A stretch of DNA of 64,000 nucleotides from Clostridia bacterium (GTDB lineage Bacteria > Bacillota > Clostridia > Oscillospirales > CAG-272): positions 7,033-71,032 of the forward strand of contig JAFTLQ010000006.1 of assembly GCA_017455905.1 (NCBI GenBank), in the 5' to 3' direction. Shown in pieces: positions 1 through 9,923 of this stretch. The position numbers and the translations under genes are program-made. The notes beneath the pieces are model-generated. The model was not told where the DNA came from. It did not search any database and saw nothing but the letters and a program-made list of their open reading frames with translations. Every line of letters begins with the position of its first letter. The first letter of the stretch is position 1.

Positions 1-1
1 A

Positions 2-961
2 TCCAGACAGAGAATTCGTGAAGAGATCTCTTATACCTCGGGCGCATTGGTGTTTGAGGGCTTTACGTATCGCTTTATCCACGAGGCGGGGAAGAACGGC
101 TGCATCGTCTTCGTTGAGGGCGGCGACGCCCACGCGGACAACATGGCCAAGATTCTGGCGGTGTCCTTGGGGAACATTAAGGAGCTGTACGACGAAAAGT
201 ACGATAAGGTCGCCTTTATAAAAAACATCATCCTGGACAACATATTGCCGAGTGATATATACGTCAAATCCAACGAATTCCACTTTGATAACGAGGTGCG
301 TCGCGCGATCATGATCATCAAGTTCCCGACCATGGGTGACCTGTCGGCCTATGAGATGGTCCAGGCGTACAGCAACGGTGAGCGCGGCTACGTCATCAAC
401 ATCAACGAGCAGGACGCGGTGCTGGCCAAGGAGCTGGCAGAGGACGCCGAGGTGGAGGATCTGGAGCGCGAGGCAAACGAGATCCTCTCTTATATGGAAA
501 AGGAATACATGCTCAAGCCCCTGATCGGCGTATCCTCCATCGTGGATTCGTTGAAGGATCTGGCTCGCGCGTACAAGGAAGCGCGTGTTTCGCTGGAGGT
601 CGGCAAGGTGTTTGATATCGAGCACCACATCATGTCGTATGAAAATCTCGGCATTGGCCGCCTGATCTATCAGCTGCCGACGACGCTGTGTGAGATCTTC
701 CTGCAGGAGGTCTTCAAGAAGGGATCGCTGGAGTCGCTTGACCGCGAAACGCTCATGACTGTGCAGAGCTTCTTCGAAAACAACCTCAACGTGTCGGAGA
801 CCTCGCGCAAGCTGTTCGTACACCGTAACACGCTGGTGTACCGTCTGGAAAAGATCCGTAAGCTGACGGGCCTTGACCTGCGTGAGTTTGATCACGCCGT
901 CACCTTCAAGGTGGCCCTGATGGTCAAAAAGTATCTGACAAACAAGCAGACGAAATTCTGA
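2..961 (+). CDS. CdaR/PucR-family transcriptional regulator (5'-partial)
   Basis: Frame is open from the window edge; C-terminal HTH NLNVSETSRKLFVHRNTLVYRLEKI is typical of PucR/CdaR. Confidence 0.85.
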   Translation, partial: SRQRIREEISYTSGALVFEGFTYRFIHEAGKNGCIVFVEGGDAHADNMAKILAVSLGNIKELYDEKYDKVAFIKNIILDNILPSDIYVKSNEFHFDNEVRRAIMIIKFPTMGDLSAYEMVQAYSNGERGYVININEQDAVLAKELAEDAEVEDLEREANEILSYMEKEYMLKPLIGVSSIVDSLKDLARAYKEARVSLEVGKVFDIEHHIMSYENLGIGRLIYQLPTTLCEIFLQEVFKKGSLESLDRETLMTVQSFFENNLNVSETSRKLFVHRNTLVYRLEKIRKLTGLDLREFDHAVTFKVALMVKKYLTNKQTKF

Positions 962-1089
962 TACTGCTCTCTTATATCGACGGGATCCGATAAGACTTTT
1001 TCGTAAAGTATATACGGAGCCATCTCGGACAGGGTCCTCCCTTTGTAGCGGCGACCCTGTCGATTTTCAATTATACCCGAGGAGTCATC

Positions 1090-2694
1090 ATGAAAAAACT
1101 TGTATCGCTGGCCCTTATCCTGTGCCTGCTGTGCTGTGCGCTCGTCGGCTGCGGTGGCCGCATTCTGACTGCGGAGGAGCTGATGGCCAATATCGCCGAG
1201 GATCCTCCCGCCGATCGTACCGACGTTGTTGCTATCTTTGAAACGTGGGATATGCCCTCCTTCTATTCGGGCACCTTCCGTCCGTACCTCGCGGCGTACG
1301 AAGGCCGTATGCAGACGCACGGTGTCACGCCGCTGATGCTGGCACGCATGGCCGCAACGGATTTCGTTGAGACGGAGTACGACGCGATCAACCTGTCGAA
1401 CAGGCAAGAGGTGACGAGTGCGCTGCTTCGCTGCTACGAGCGGGCGGCCGAGACGCTGTGCCCTCCCTTGACGCAGGCAGAGGATCTGCGCGCGGCGATC
1501 GATACTGGGGGGCAGACGCATGACTATGCGTCGATGTACCTTGTCGCCTGGGGCTACCCGTCCTTCGTTACGCAGAAGCTGATGGCGGTTGAAACGCTGT
1601 TTGATATCTATTACTATAAAGACATGAAGACACCCGCCGAAATGGCGGCGGCCGTGGCCAACGCCTTCCTTGATACGGCGTATGGCGCGGTGTCGCTGAC
1701 CGACCGCACGTCGGTGACCGACGCGTATCTGACCCTGTACGTCGATGCCATCGGCGACCGGTATTCCAAATACCGCGTTCCCGAGCTTGCCGAGCAGTAC
1801 GAGGAGGATCGCAACGGCGAGTACGTCGGCATCGGCATTACCGTACAGCGCGACGAGCAGACCGACGAGCTGCACATCGTGGCACTCAATCCCGAGGGAC
1901 CTGCCAAGGCAGCGGGTATAGAGGTCGGTGACCTGCTGTACGCCGTCGACGGCGTCCTGGTCAGCGAGCTTGGCTACAATGCCGCCATATCCGCCGTACG
2001 CGGCGAGGTAGGAACGACGGTGACGGTGACCGTCCTGCGTGACGGAGGAGCGTTGATCGATTGTACGATCGAGCGCGTGTCGCTGGTGGATATCACCGTG
2101 ACGTATTCGATCAAGGATGGCATCGGCTATATTCAGATCACCGAATTCAAGACCAATACCGCCGAGCAGTTCCGTGCCGCCATCGATGCGATGGAGCAGG
2201 CCGGCGTGCGCGGGGTCATTTACGACCTGCGCGACAATCCGGGCGGCGCGCTGTCCTCGGTGACCGATGCGATCGGCTATCTTGTGCCGAAGGGCACGCG
2301 CATCGCCTCCTTCAGCACGTATATGGATCCCGTTGACAGCGAGACCGAGCATGCCTTCCGCGTGCCGTCAGTCGTGCTTTGTAATGAAAATACCGCCTCG
2401 GCGGGTGAGCTCTTTACCGCCGCGCTGCGCGATTTCAGCACCGATGCCTTTGATCTGCAGGACGCGACGATCGTCGGTGTGCCGACGTACGGAAAGGGCG
2501 TTATGCAGTCGACCTTTACGATGTACGACGACTCCACCGTTACCGTGACGGTGGCGCAGTACAATCCTCCGTCGGGCGTTAACTACGACGGCGAGGGCAT
2601 CGTGCCCGACGTCATCGTACAGCAGCAGGCCGAGGGCGACGCACAGCTTTCGCGTGCGTACGAGATCCTCAGAACCCAAATACCGAATGAATAA
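1090..2694 (+). CDS. S41 carboxyl-terminal processing protease (CtpA-like) lipoprotein with PDZ domain and N-terminal extension
   Basis: Lipobox LVGC; YVGIGI PDZ start; DLRDNPGG, TASAGE, TYGKG motifs; RBS GAGGAG. Confidence 0.9.
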   Translation: MKKLVSLALILCLLCCALVGCGGRILTAEELMANIAEDPPADRTDVVAIFETWDMPSFYSGTFRPYLAAYEGRMQTHGVTPLMLARMAATDFVETEYDAINLSNRQEVTSALLRCYERAAETLCPPLTQAEDLRAAIDTGGQTHDYASMYLVAWGYPSFVTQKLMAVETLFDIYYYKDMKTPAEMAAAVANAFLDTAYGAVSLTDRTSVTDAYLTLYVDAIGDRYSKYRVPELAEQYEEDRNGEYVGIGITVQRDEQTDELHIVALNPEGPAKAAGIEVGDLLYAVDGVLVSELGYNAAISAVRGEVGTTVTVTVLRDGGALIDCTIERVSLVDITVTYSIKDGIGYIQITEFKTNTAEQFRAAIDAMEQAGVRGVIYDLRDNPGGALSSVTDAIGYLVPKGTRIASFSTYMDPVDSETEHAFRVPSVVLCNENTASAGELFTAALRDFSTDAFDLQDATIVGVPTYGKGVMQSTFTMYDDSTVTVTVAQYNPPSGVNYDGEGIVPDVIVQQQAEGDAQLSRAYEILRTQIPNE

Positions 2695-2729
2695 TTAAAT
2701 AAAATATAGAAAGCGCATAGGAGAACATC

Positions 2730-3209
2730 ATGGCAGAACAGAAGATTTACACAGTGGAGGGCTTTCAGGCCCTGCAGGATGAGCTTGATTACCTGCAAAA
2801 CGTCCGTGTAGAGGAAAACAAAAAGGAGATATCCACCGCGCGTGCCTTCGGCGACCTGTCGGAGAACAGCGAATACGACGAGGCAAAGGCCGAGCAGGGC
2901 AAGATCCACGCCCGCATCGCCGAGCTGCGCGAGATGATCGCCAACGCTAAGGTCATCGACGAGTCCGAGATCGACAAATCCCGTATCAGCGTCGGCTCCA
3001 TCGTCAAGCTGTTCAACAAGACGAGAAACAAGGAATTTACCTATCACATCGTCGGCTCGTACGAGACCGATCCCCTCAACGGTAAGATCTCCGACTCCTC
3101 GCCCATCGGTATGGCGCTCATCGGAGCCAAGGAAGGGGACGAGATCACGGTGCTCGGTGCCAAGGAGCAGCAGCTGGTGATCCTCAACGTCCGCCGCGCG
3201 AAGGAATGA
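2730..3209 (+). CDS. greA: Transcription elongation factor GreA
   Basis: FGDLSENSEYDEAK and ISDSSPIG motifs; lies upstream of lysS. Confidence 0.97.
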   Translation: MAEQKIYTVEGFQALQDELDYLQNVRVEENKKEISTARAFGDLSENSEYDEAKAEQGKIHARIAELREMIANAKVIDESEIDKSRISVGSIVKLFNKTRNKEFTYHIVGSYETDPLNGKISDSSPIGMALIGAKEGDEITVLGAKEQQLVILNVRRAKE

Positions 3210-3226
3210 CATAAAGGGGAATACAC

Positions 3227-4741
3227 ATGAACGAAATGAACGAAACCGTCCGTCCCGGCAGCACCACCAATGAGCTGCAGGTGCGCAGAGATAAGCTGGC
3301 CGCTCTCGTAGCGGCGGGCTGTGACCCGTACACGCTGACCAAGTTCGACGTCAGCACGACGAGCGTTGCCATCCTGTCGGATTTTGCCGAGAGGGAGGAG
3401 GCGCTTGCCGCCTCGGGCGACACCATGACCGTGCGTATTGCCGGCCGTATGATCAGCCGCCGCGTCATGGGAAAGGCGTCCTTTGCCCATATCGATGACG
3501 GCGAGGGCCGCATCCAGCTGTACGTATCCCGCGATTCCCTCGGCGAGGAGGCCTACGCAGGCTTCAAAAAGTGGGACGTCGGCGACATCCTCGGTATCGA
3601 GGGCTTCGCCTTCCGTACCCGTACGGGCGAGATATCGGTGCACGCGACCTCGGCGACGCTTCTGTCGAAGTCGCTGCTTCCTCTGCCTGAAAAGTTCCAT
3701 GGTCTGACCAATCTGGAGCAGAGATACCGTCAGCGGTACGTCGACCTCATCGTCAATCCCGAGGTCAAGGACACCTTTGTCAAGCGCTCCAAGATCCTCA
3801 CCCTTATCCGTCGCTACCTTGACGGCAAGGGCTTCCTGGAGGTCGATACACCCATCCTCGTTCCGCTGGAGATCGGTGCCTCGGCCCGTCCCTTCGTGAC
3901 GCATCACAACACGCTGGATATGGATATGTATCTGCGTATCGAAACGGAGCTGTATCTCAAGCGCCTCATCGTCGGCGGCATGAACCGCGTCTATGAGGTC
4001 GGCCGTATTTTCCGTAACGAGGGTATGGATACCAAGCACAACCCCGAATTCACCACCATCGAGCTGTATCAGGCGTACACCGATTACTACGGCATGATGG
4101 ATCTGGTCGAGGATCTTTATAAGATGCTCGCCCGCGAGGTGTGCGGCGATACCAAGATCACTTACCAGGGACAAGAGATCGATCTCGGTCACTGGGAACG
4201 CATGACGATGGCCGAAGCCGTCAAGAAATATGCAGGAGTTGACTACTATTCTTGGCAAAATGACGAGGAAGCCAGACAGTGTGCCAAGGAAAAGCACGTG
4301 GAGGTTCCCGCCGATGCTACGTGCGGCACCGTGCTTGTCGAGCTGTTCGACGCCTACGTAGAGGATAAGCTCATCCAGCCGACCTTCATCTACGATTACC
4401 CCGTAGAGAACAGCCCTCTTGCCAAGCGCAAGCCCTCCGATCCTCGTTTTACCGAGCGCTTTGAGTATTTCATCAATTGCACCGAATTCGGCAACGCCTT
4501 CTCCGAGCTCAACGATCCCATCGACCAAAAGGCTCGCTTCGAGGCCCAGGTGGAGAAGAAGCGCGCCGAGGAGCCGAACTGCCGCGCCGAGGTCGACTAC
4601 GACTTCGTCACCGCGCTGGAATACGGCATGCCCCCCACAGGCGGCCTTGGCTTCGGCGTCGACCGTATGGTCATGCTGCTGACCGATTCCGCCTCCATCC
4701 GCGACGTGCTTCTGTTCCCGACAATGAAGCCGCAGGAGTAA
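3227..4741 (+). CDS. lysS: Lysine--tRNA ligase (class II)
   Basis: RYRQRYVDL, FRNEG, HNPEFT, YGMPPTGGLGFGVDR, IRDVLLFP. Confidence 0.98.
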   Translation: MNEMNETVRPGSTTNELQVRRDKLAALVAAGCDPYTLTKFDVSTTSVAILSDFAEREEALAASGDTMTVRIAGRMISRRVMGKASFAHIDDGEGRIQLYVSRDSLGEEAYAGFKKWDVGDILGIEGFAFRTRTGEISVHATSATLLSKSLLPLPEKFHGLTNLEQRYRQRYVDLIVNPEVKDTFVKRSKILTLIRRYLDGKGFLEVDTPILVPLEIGASARPFVTHHNTLDMDMYLRIETELYLKRLIVGGMNRVYEVGRIFRNEGMDTKHNPEFTTIELYQAYTDYYGMMDLVEDLYKMLAREVCGDTKITYQGQEIDLGHWERMTMAEAVKKYAGVDYYSWQNDEEARQCAKEKHVEVPADATCGTVLVELFDAYVEDKLIQPTFIYDYPVENSPLAKRKPSDPRFTERFEYFINCTEFGNAFSELNDPIDQKARFEAQVEKKRAEEPNCRAEVDYDFVTALEYGMPPTGGLGFGVDRMVMLLTDSASIRDVLLFPTMKPQE

Positions 4742-4748
4742 ATATGAC

Positions 4749-4787
4749 AAAACGACCCAAGATGTCTTTGCTATCTTGGGTCGTTTC
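4749..4787 (+). terminator. Hairpin, probable terminator after lysS
   Basis: aaacgacccaagat...atcttgggtcgttt inverted repeat. Confidence 0.6.
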
Positions 4788-4856
4788 ATTAACGCAGATC
4801 CAAACGTAAGCCGGATGGTGTAAAAACAGAAAACAGGTAAGGATTGGTGTTTTGAA

Positions 4857-5765
4857 ATGAAAAAAGTGCTTGTTACCGGTGGAACGGTTTTTGTCAGTCG
4901 ATATATAGCGGAGTATTATGTTCGCAAAAGCTATGATGTTTATGTATTGAATAGAAACACCAGAGCACAGAGTGAAGGGGTTACTCTAATAGAAGCTGAT
5001 AGAAAAAACTTAGGTGATGTTCTAAGGGATCATCACTTCGATGTGGTTTTCGATGTTACTGCATACAACGCGAATGACGTAGACGCTTTACTGGATGGGT
5101 TGGGAAGCTTCGATGATTATATATTGATCAGCTCAAGCGCGGTATATCCGGAATCCTGTGTACAACCGTTTGACGAACATACACCGGTTGGCGAAAATAA
5201 GATATGGGGCAAATACGGAGTGGGTAAAATCGAAGCGGAGCACACTTTACAGGCACGAGTTCCGGGTGCCTATATTCTCCGTCCTCCATACGTATACGGA
5301 CCGATGAATAACGTTTACCGTGAGGCATTTGTTTTTGACTGTGCTATGCAGGAGCGTAAGTTTTATATACCGAGAGACGGAGAATTGAAGCTTCAGTTCT
5401 TTCATATTAAGGACCTTTGCCGATTTATGGATGTTTTGTTGGAAAAGCATCCGGAGAAAAAGATTTTCAACGTTGGAAACGAGGAAACGATTACCGTAAA
5501 GGAATGGGTGCAGACCTGTTATCAGATCGTGGGAAAACCGCTCGAGCTTGTTCCCGTGCATCAAGACATAGAACAGCGGAATTATTTTTGTTTTTATGAC
5601 TATGAGTATTATTTAGATGTAGGCGCGCAAAAACAGCTTATGTCGACGACCGAGCAACTGGAAGCCGGCTTGCGAGAGGCGTTTGCATGGTATCTCGGCC
5701 ATTCGGATGCGGTAAACAAAAAGCCGCTTATTCGTTATATAGATACCCATTTAGCCATAGAATAA
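4857..5765 (+). CDS. NAD-dependent epimerase/dehydratase family protein
   Basis: VLVTGGTVFVS, ISSSAVY, YxxxK (YGVGK); lower GC than the backbone. Confidence 0.85.
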   Translation: MKKVLVTGGTVFVSRYIAEYYVRKSYDVYVLNRNTRAQSEGVTLIEADRKNLGDVLRDHHFDVVFDVTAYNANDVDALLDGLGSFDDYILISSSAVYPESCVQPFDEHTPVGENKIWGKYGVGKIEAEHTLQARVPGAYILRPPYVYGPMNNVYREAFVFDCAMQERKFYIPRDGELKLQFFHIKDLCRFMDVLLEKHPEKKIFNVGNEETITVKEWVQTCYQIVGKPLELVPVHQDIEQRNYFCFYDYEYYLDVGAQKQLMSTTEQLEAGLREAFAWYLGHSDAVNKKPLIRYIDTHLAIE

Positions 5766-5783
5766 GAGTTTCAATGTACCTTC

Positions 5784-5823
5784 AAAGCACCCCCGACGGT
5801 CCTTGCCGTCGGGGGTGCTTTTT
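5784..5823 (+). terminator. Rho-independent terminator
   Basis: aaagcacccccgacgg-tccttg-ccgtcgggggtgcttt followed by a T-run. Confidence 0.85.
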
Positions 5824-5914
5824 GCAATCCATATTAGTTTCGTAAGTTTTGTTGACTAAAAAATTTATGAGCCTCTTTTTTGCATCAAACAACTTGTCAC
5901 AATCATGGCACAAA

Positions 5915-5957
5915 GTTGGCGGCGGGTGGCCGCGACGGCCGCGACGGCCGCGGGAGC
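5915..5957 (+). repeat. GC-rich direct repeat, left copy
   Basis: gttggcggcgggtggccgcgacgg; second copy at 8609 with one mismatch. Confidence 0.75.
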
Positions 5958-6030
5958 ACCCGTCCGTCTACGGTACGTGTATGATAGTGTATGCTCGCTG
6001 TTCACTTTTGTAAATATTCAATGAATCGTA

Positions 6031-6083
6031 TTGACATAACAGTCTACATGTGGTAGACTATATACGTCTACAAGCATTAGACG
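6031..6083 (+). promoter_or_regulatory. Sigma-A promoter overlapped by two BlaI/CopY-type operator palindromes
   Basis: TTGACA(6031)-17-TAGACT; palindromes agtctac-atgtg-gtagact (6041-6059) and cgtcta-caagcat-tagacg (6065-6083). Confidence 0.75.
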
Positions 6084-6094
6084 GAGGATTTTTT

Positions 6095-6457
6095 ATGAAT
6101 GAAGTTAGACTTGGTGTTATAGAATCGAGATTTGCTGATATCGTTTGGGAGAAGGCGCCGCTTACAACCGCAGAGCTTATTAGGCTTTGCGAGGCAGAGT
6201 TCGATTGGAAGCGCACCACTACATATACCGTATTAAAAAGGCTTTCCGAACGCGGAATTTTCAAGAACGATAACGGAACTGTTACGGTTTTGATTTCAAA
6301 AGACGAGTTTTATTCTATGCAAAGCGAAAAGGTTGTCAAAGAAAGCTTTGGAGGTTCGCTCCCTGCGTTCATAGCTGCATTTACTTCAAGGCAAAACTTG
6401 AGTGATGACGAGATTGCAGAAATCAGAGCCATCATTGAAAACATGAAAAGGAGTTAA
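6095..6457 (+). CDS. BlaI/MecI/CopY family repressor
   Basis: WKRTTTYTVLKRL..RG and FGGSLPAFIAAF; start moved to the ATG at 6095 behind GGAGG. Confidence 0.92.
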   Translation: MNEVRLGVIESRFADIVWEKAPLTTAELIRLCEAEFDWKRTTTYTVLKRLSERGIFKNDNGTVTVLISKDEFYSMQSEKVVKESFGGSLPAFIAAFTSRQNLSDDEIAEIRAIIENMKRS

Positions 6458-6459
6458 CG

Positions 6460-8400
6460 ATGGAAGACTTATTCATACACGTATTGAATATAAGCATCGC
6501 TGCAAGCTTCCTCGTTTTAGCCATAATTCTTTATCGCTTATTCGCAAAAAAAACTCCAAAATGGGTTTCGGTTCTGCTTTGGGGACTTGTTGGATTAAGA
6601 TTGCTTTTTCCTTTCAATATTGAAAGTGCTATGAGTCTTATTCCAAGCAAAAATACTATACCTACTACGATTACTCACGACAGATATCCCGCGCTTGATA
6701 CAGGATTCGGAAGTGTTGACGAAATAGTTAACCCTATTCTTTCCGGTTCAATGGAAGCACGTCCTGAATACAGCTCGAATCCTATGCATACCTTGATAAC
6801 AATTCTCGGTTGGATCTGGCTTGCTGTTATGTTCGGTATGCTTATCTATATGACGCTATCGTTTATTTACCTGCGTATAAAAACAAGGGTTAAGGTAGAG
6901 CGCGAAGACAACGTATATCTTTGCGATTATGTAAAAACTCCGTTTATACTTGGAATAATCAGACCACGCATTTATTTGCCTTCGGATATATCCGATAAGG
7001 ATTATTCGCTTGTTGTGGCGCACGAAAGGGCGCATATAAAAAGACTCGACCACATTTGGAAACCTCTCGGTTTCTTGCTTCTCTCGGTTTATTGGTTCAA
7101 CCCGCTTTTATGGATCGCTTACATTCTTCTTTGCCGTGATATTGAGTCAGCATGTGACGAGAAGGTTATATCAGATCTTGGCGATAACGAAAAAGCAGAT
7201 TACTCCGAGGCGTTACTTTCTCTCGGCATAAAAAGCAGAGTTATCTCCGCTTGCCCTTTGGCTTTCGGAGAGGTGTCAGTTAAATCGAGAGTGTCGGCTA
7301 TTTCAAAGTATAAAAAGCCCGCGACAATTGCTATCGTTATTTCACTTGCCGTGTGCACGATCTTTGCCGTGTGCTTCTTAACATACAAAAAGAACGATGC
7401 CGTAGCAATAAACACGGGAATTTGGTATGCCGGTAAGGTAATCGGTGCGACAGATACAAATGCTACCTGCGATGATGTACCGCTCTTTGCTTTTACCGAA
7501 AACGGTGACATTCTTGTTGAATCAAATAACCTTGCAGAGCTTTCTTACGTTAAGCTCGGTAAAATGAATACCGCATACGTATCCAAAAGTGAATATGATG
7601 CGCTTTTTGAAGGTGTGACCTTCCGTGAAGGCTACGATGCGAAATATTTCGGCGACGTCATCAAAGCTGCTTGGAGAATTACTCCATCCGTTTATTCGGG
7701 TATCGATCATAAAGAGGTGTACCTGTTGCGTTCCGAAAAAGAGCTGTATATGGGGTATGTCGATGACGATAAAATCGTGGCACTATACGAATTGAGATTC
7801 AACGAAACACTGCCAACCTATCTCTATACAAACCAATACACATCCCCTAATTTGATAGGTGCTTCGATCATCCTTGATACACAAAATAAAAGCGGACGTA
7901 TAGTATTTACAGAGTCAAATTATTCACCGACAGGGACATACGTGTACGAAAATTCCAAAGTGATTTTTACAACCGATGATGCTTTTGCTCTTAGGCTTGT
8001 ATTCCTGAGCGCAGGGGACACACTTATATTTTCAGAAAAAGATTCGGATATCAAGGGCTTTTCGGGACTGTTCCCTGATGGAGTTTCTTTCCATGTTTAC
8101 TATCAGATCTACACGGCATCCGGCGTTATAAAATGGTTCGATATCAACGGAGACGGAAAACAAGAATTCGTCTTTGCACACATAGGCAATAGCGGTGAAT
8201 TACAGTATATCGTTCACGCGCAGGGGGTGACTCTTGCAAACAATACGATTCCTTTCACAAAATACGATGATGCTCGGTTTGAGGAAAAGGATGGCGAGCT
8301 TTACCTTGTTTGCGAATATCGCGAGGGGGATTTCAACTCCTATCGCTATAAAGCAAGCTTTGACGGTGAAAATCTTGTATTCACACCGGAGGAATCATGA
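6460..8400 (+). CDS. BlaR1-like M56 membrane metallopeptidase with unassigned C-terminal extracellular domain
   Basis: TPFILGIIRPRIYLP, HERAH (HExxH), WFNPLLW, ESACDE. Confidence 0.92.
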   Translation: MEDLFIHVLNISIAASFLVLAIILYRLFAKKTPKWVSVLLWGLVGLRLLFPFNIESAMSLIPSKNTIPTTITHDRYPALDTGFGSVDEIVNPILSGSMEARPEYSSNPMHTLITILGWIWLAVMFGMLIYMTLSFIYLRIKTRVKVEREDNVYLCDYVKTPFILGIIRPRIYLPSDISDKDYSLVVAHERAHIKRLDHIWKPLGFLLLSVYWFNPLLWIAYILLCRDIESACDEKVISDLGDNEKADYSEALLSLGIKSRVISACPLAFGEVSVKSRVSAISKYKKPATIAIVISLAVCTIFAVCFLTYKKNDAVAINTGIWYAGKVIGATDTNATCDDVPLFAFTENGDILVESNNLAELSYVKLGKMNTAYVSKSEYDALFEGVTFREGYDAKYFGDVIKAAWRITPSVYSGIDHKEVYLLRSEKELYMGYVDDDKIVALYELRFNETLPTYLYTNQYTSPNLIGASIILDTQNKSGRIVFTESNYSPTGTYVYENSKVIFTTDDAFALRLVFLSAGDTLIFSEKDSDIKGFSGLFPDGVSFHVYYQIYTASGVIKWFDINGDGKQEFVFAHIGNSGELQYIVHAQGVTLANNTIPFTKYDDARFEEKDGELYLVCEYREGDFNSYRYKASFDGENLVFTPEES

Positions 8401-8608
8401 ACGAAAAGCGATAAAGTGTTGTTCGCGATCACTCGGTTGTTGTCGCCTTACTCGTAGGGAGATAACCAAAGCCGTTAAAAAATTACCCAGTTTTACCGGT
8501 TCGGAGAAAACGAATGGGAAGTAAAATTACAGATCTTACGAAGAAATACGATTCATTCGGCACGGAAATCGTAGCACGCGGCGGTGTTGATCTTACCCCT
8601 AACATAAC

Positions 8609-8645
8609 GTTGGCGGTGGGTGGCCGCGACGGTCGGTGGGGGAGC
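8609..8645 (+). repeat. GC-rich direct repeat, right copy
   Basis: gttggcggtgggtggccgcgacgg matches 5915. Confidence 0.75.
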
Positions 8646-8787
8646 GGTACGAAGGCATACCTATGCCGAAAGGGGCGGGGCGTGTCCCGCGTTTGTTTTC
8701 AGAAAAGATACACATGCGCCTTGACGGCGGTGGAAAAAAGGGATATAATAGAGGCAACAGAAGAAAACGCCGATAGGAGGCTGACCG

Positions 8788-9549
8788 ATGGACGAAAAAA
8801 TACCGGATGCCGAGATCCGTCCGCACTCTTCCGTGTGGGAGAAGCTGGATAATTTTTGGTATCACTATAAGTGGCACACGCTGATCACGCTGTTCTTGGT
8901 CGTTGTGGTGACCGTTTGCACGCTGCAGATGTGCAACAAGCAAAGCTACGACGTGTACGTCATGTATGCGGGGAACGTGTCTATCTCGCGTACCACCGAT
9001 GACGGAACCGATCCGATGTATCCGACGATGCAGGAGGCGATCGGCCCCTTTGCTGAGGATCGCGACGGGGACGGCGAGGTGACGGTCTCGCTCAACACGC
9101 TCTATATCCTGTCCAACAAGGAGATCGAGGAGGAGAACCGCCGCCGCGAGGAGCTGAGTCAGACGACGGGCGTGGCATACGACGAGGTCAACGCCTCTTA
9201 TATCAAGGATAACCTCGCCGTGTTCCAAAGCGACGTTCGGTACAGCGATTATTATATCTGCATTTTATCGAAAACCATGTACGCGATATCGCGCACCTCG
9301 GCCGACGGAACACCTATCTATGCGTCCCTTGCCTCGTATGCCGAGGGGACCGATCTGGTGTTGTATGCCGATGACGCCATCCTGCTGTCGTCGACGCCGC
9401 TGTCGGAATGCGCCATCTTTGAGGATCTGCCGAAGGATACCGTCATTTGCTTGCGCGCACTCAGCGAGGTGTCAGCCGGCAAGGCAAGAAACCGCGAGGT
9501 GTACGCGGCTGCTGAGGCGACCTTCCGCCGCATGCTGGGCGTAGCGTGA
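8788..9549 (+). CDS. Membrane-anchored hypothetical protein
   Basis: N-terminal KLDNFWYHYKWH plus a TM helix; RBS AGGAGG; backbone codon usage. Confidence 0.75.
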   Translation: MDEKIPDAEIRPHSSVWEKLDNFWYHYKWHTLITLFLVVVVTVCTLQMCNKQSYDVYVMYAGNVSISRTTDDGTDPMYPTMQEAIGPFAEDRDGDGEVTVSLNTLYILSNKEIEEENRRREELSQTTGVAYDEVNASYIKDNLAVFQSDVRYSDYYICILSKTMYAISRTSADGTPIYASLASYAEGTDLVLYADDAILLSSTPLSECAIFEDLPKDTVICLRALSEVSAGKARNREVYAAAEATFRRMLGVA

Positions 9550-9587
9550 TGGCCCTTCAGGCAAGGTATACGTGATGAGATTTCAAA

Positions 9588-9908
9588 AAAAGGGGCTGCT
9601 TCATTTAGGCATAACCGCAAACAAAAAGGTAGAGGCACTGTTAAATTCATGTGCCCCTACCCTGTTTTTTCAATTTTTATGGGATCAAGGTTGAAAACCT
9701 ATGGTTTTCTCCTTTTTTATTTGTTTTTGTTTGCTATCGCCGTATCGTCGCTCACCGTACACTCGTACGCCTCTCGCTCCTCAGCCGACGATTTCTGCTC
9801 TAAATCAAGCAGTCCCCAAAGGTGCTTCGCACTAAGAATTCAGCAAGTATACTTTTTCAGATACAAAAGCCTTGATTTCGCTGAATTCTTAATGACTCAG
9901 CCCCTTTT
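9588..9908. mobile_element. Putative MITE / non-autonomous IS remnant
   Basis: Terminal inverted repeats aaaaggggctg (9588) / cagcccctttt (9898); AT-rich interior with hairpins; no credible ORF. Confidence 0.45.
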
Positions 9909-9923
9909 GCTTTATAAGGGCTT

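Noticed and set aside
892-2352. Long antisense ORFs (also 3044-4789, 18168-20183, 39229-40383, 58079-60070, 62880-63911)
   Set aside because: Shadow frames of well-supported genes, caused by GC-rich codon bias; no motifs or RBS
6095-8400. Beta-lactam resistance locus
   Set aside because: No blaZ or mecA adjacent and no recognisable penicillin-binding sensor domain; the 15106 serine hydrolase is a distant backbone gene
8514-8852. ORF 8514-8852 and ORF 9649-9957
   Set aside because: They cross repeat, promoter or MITE-like DNA; no RBS or recognisable protein pattern
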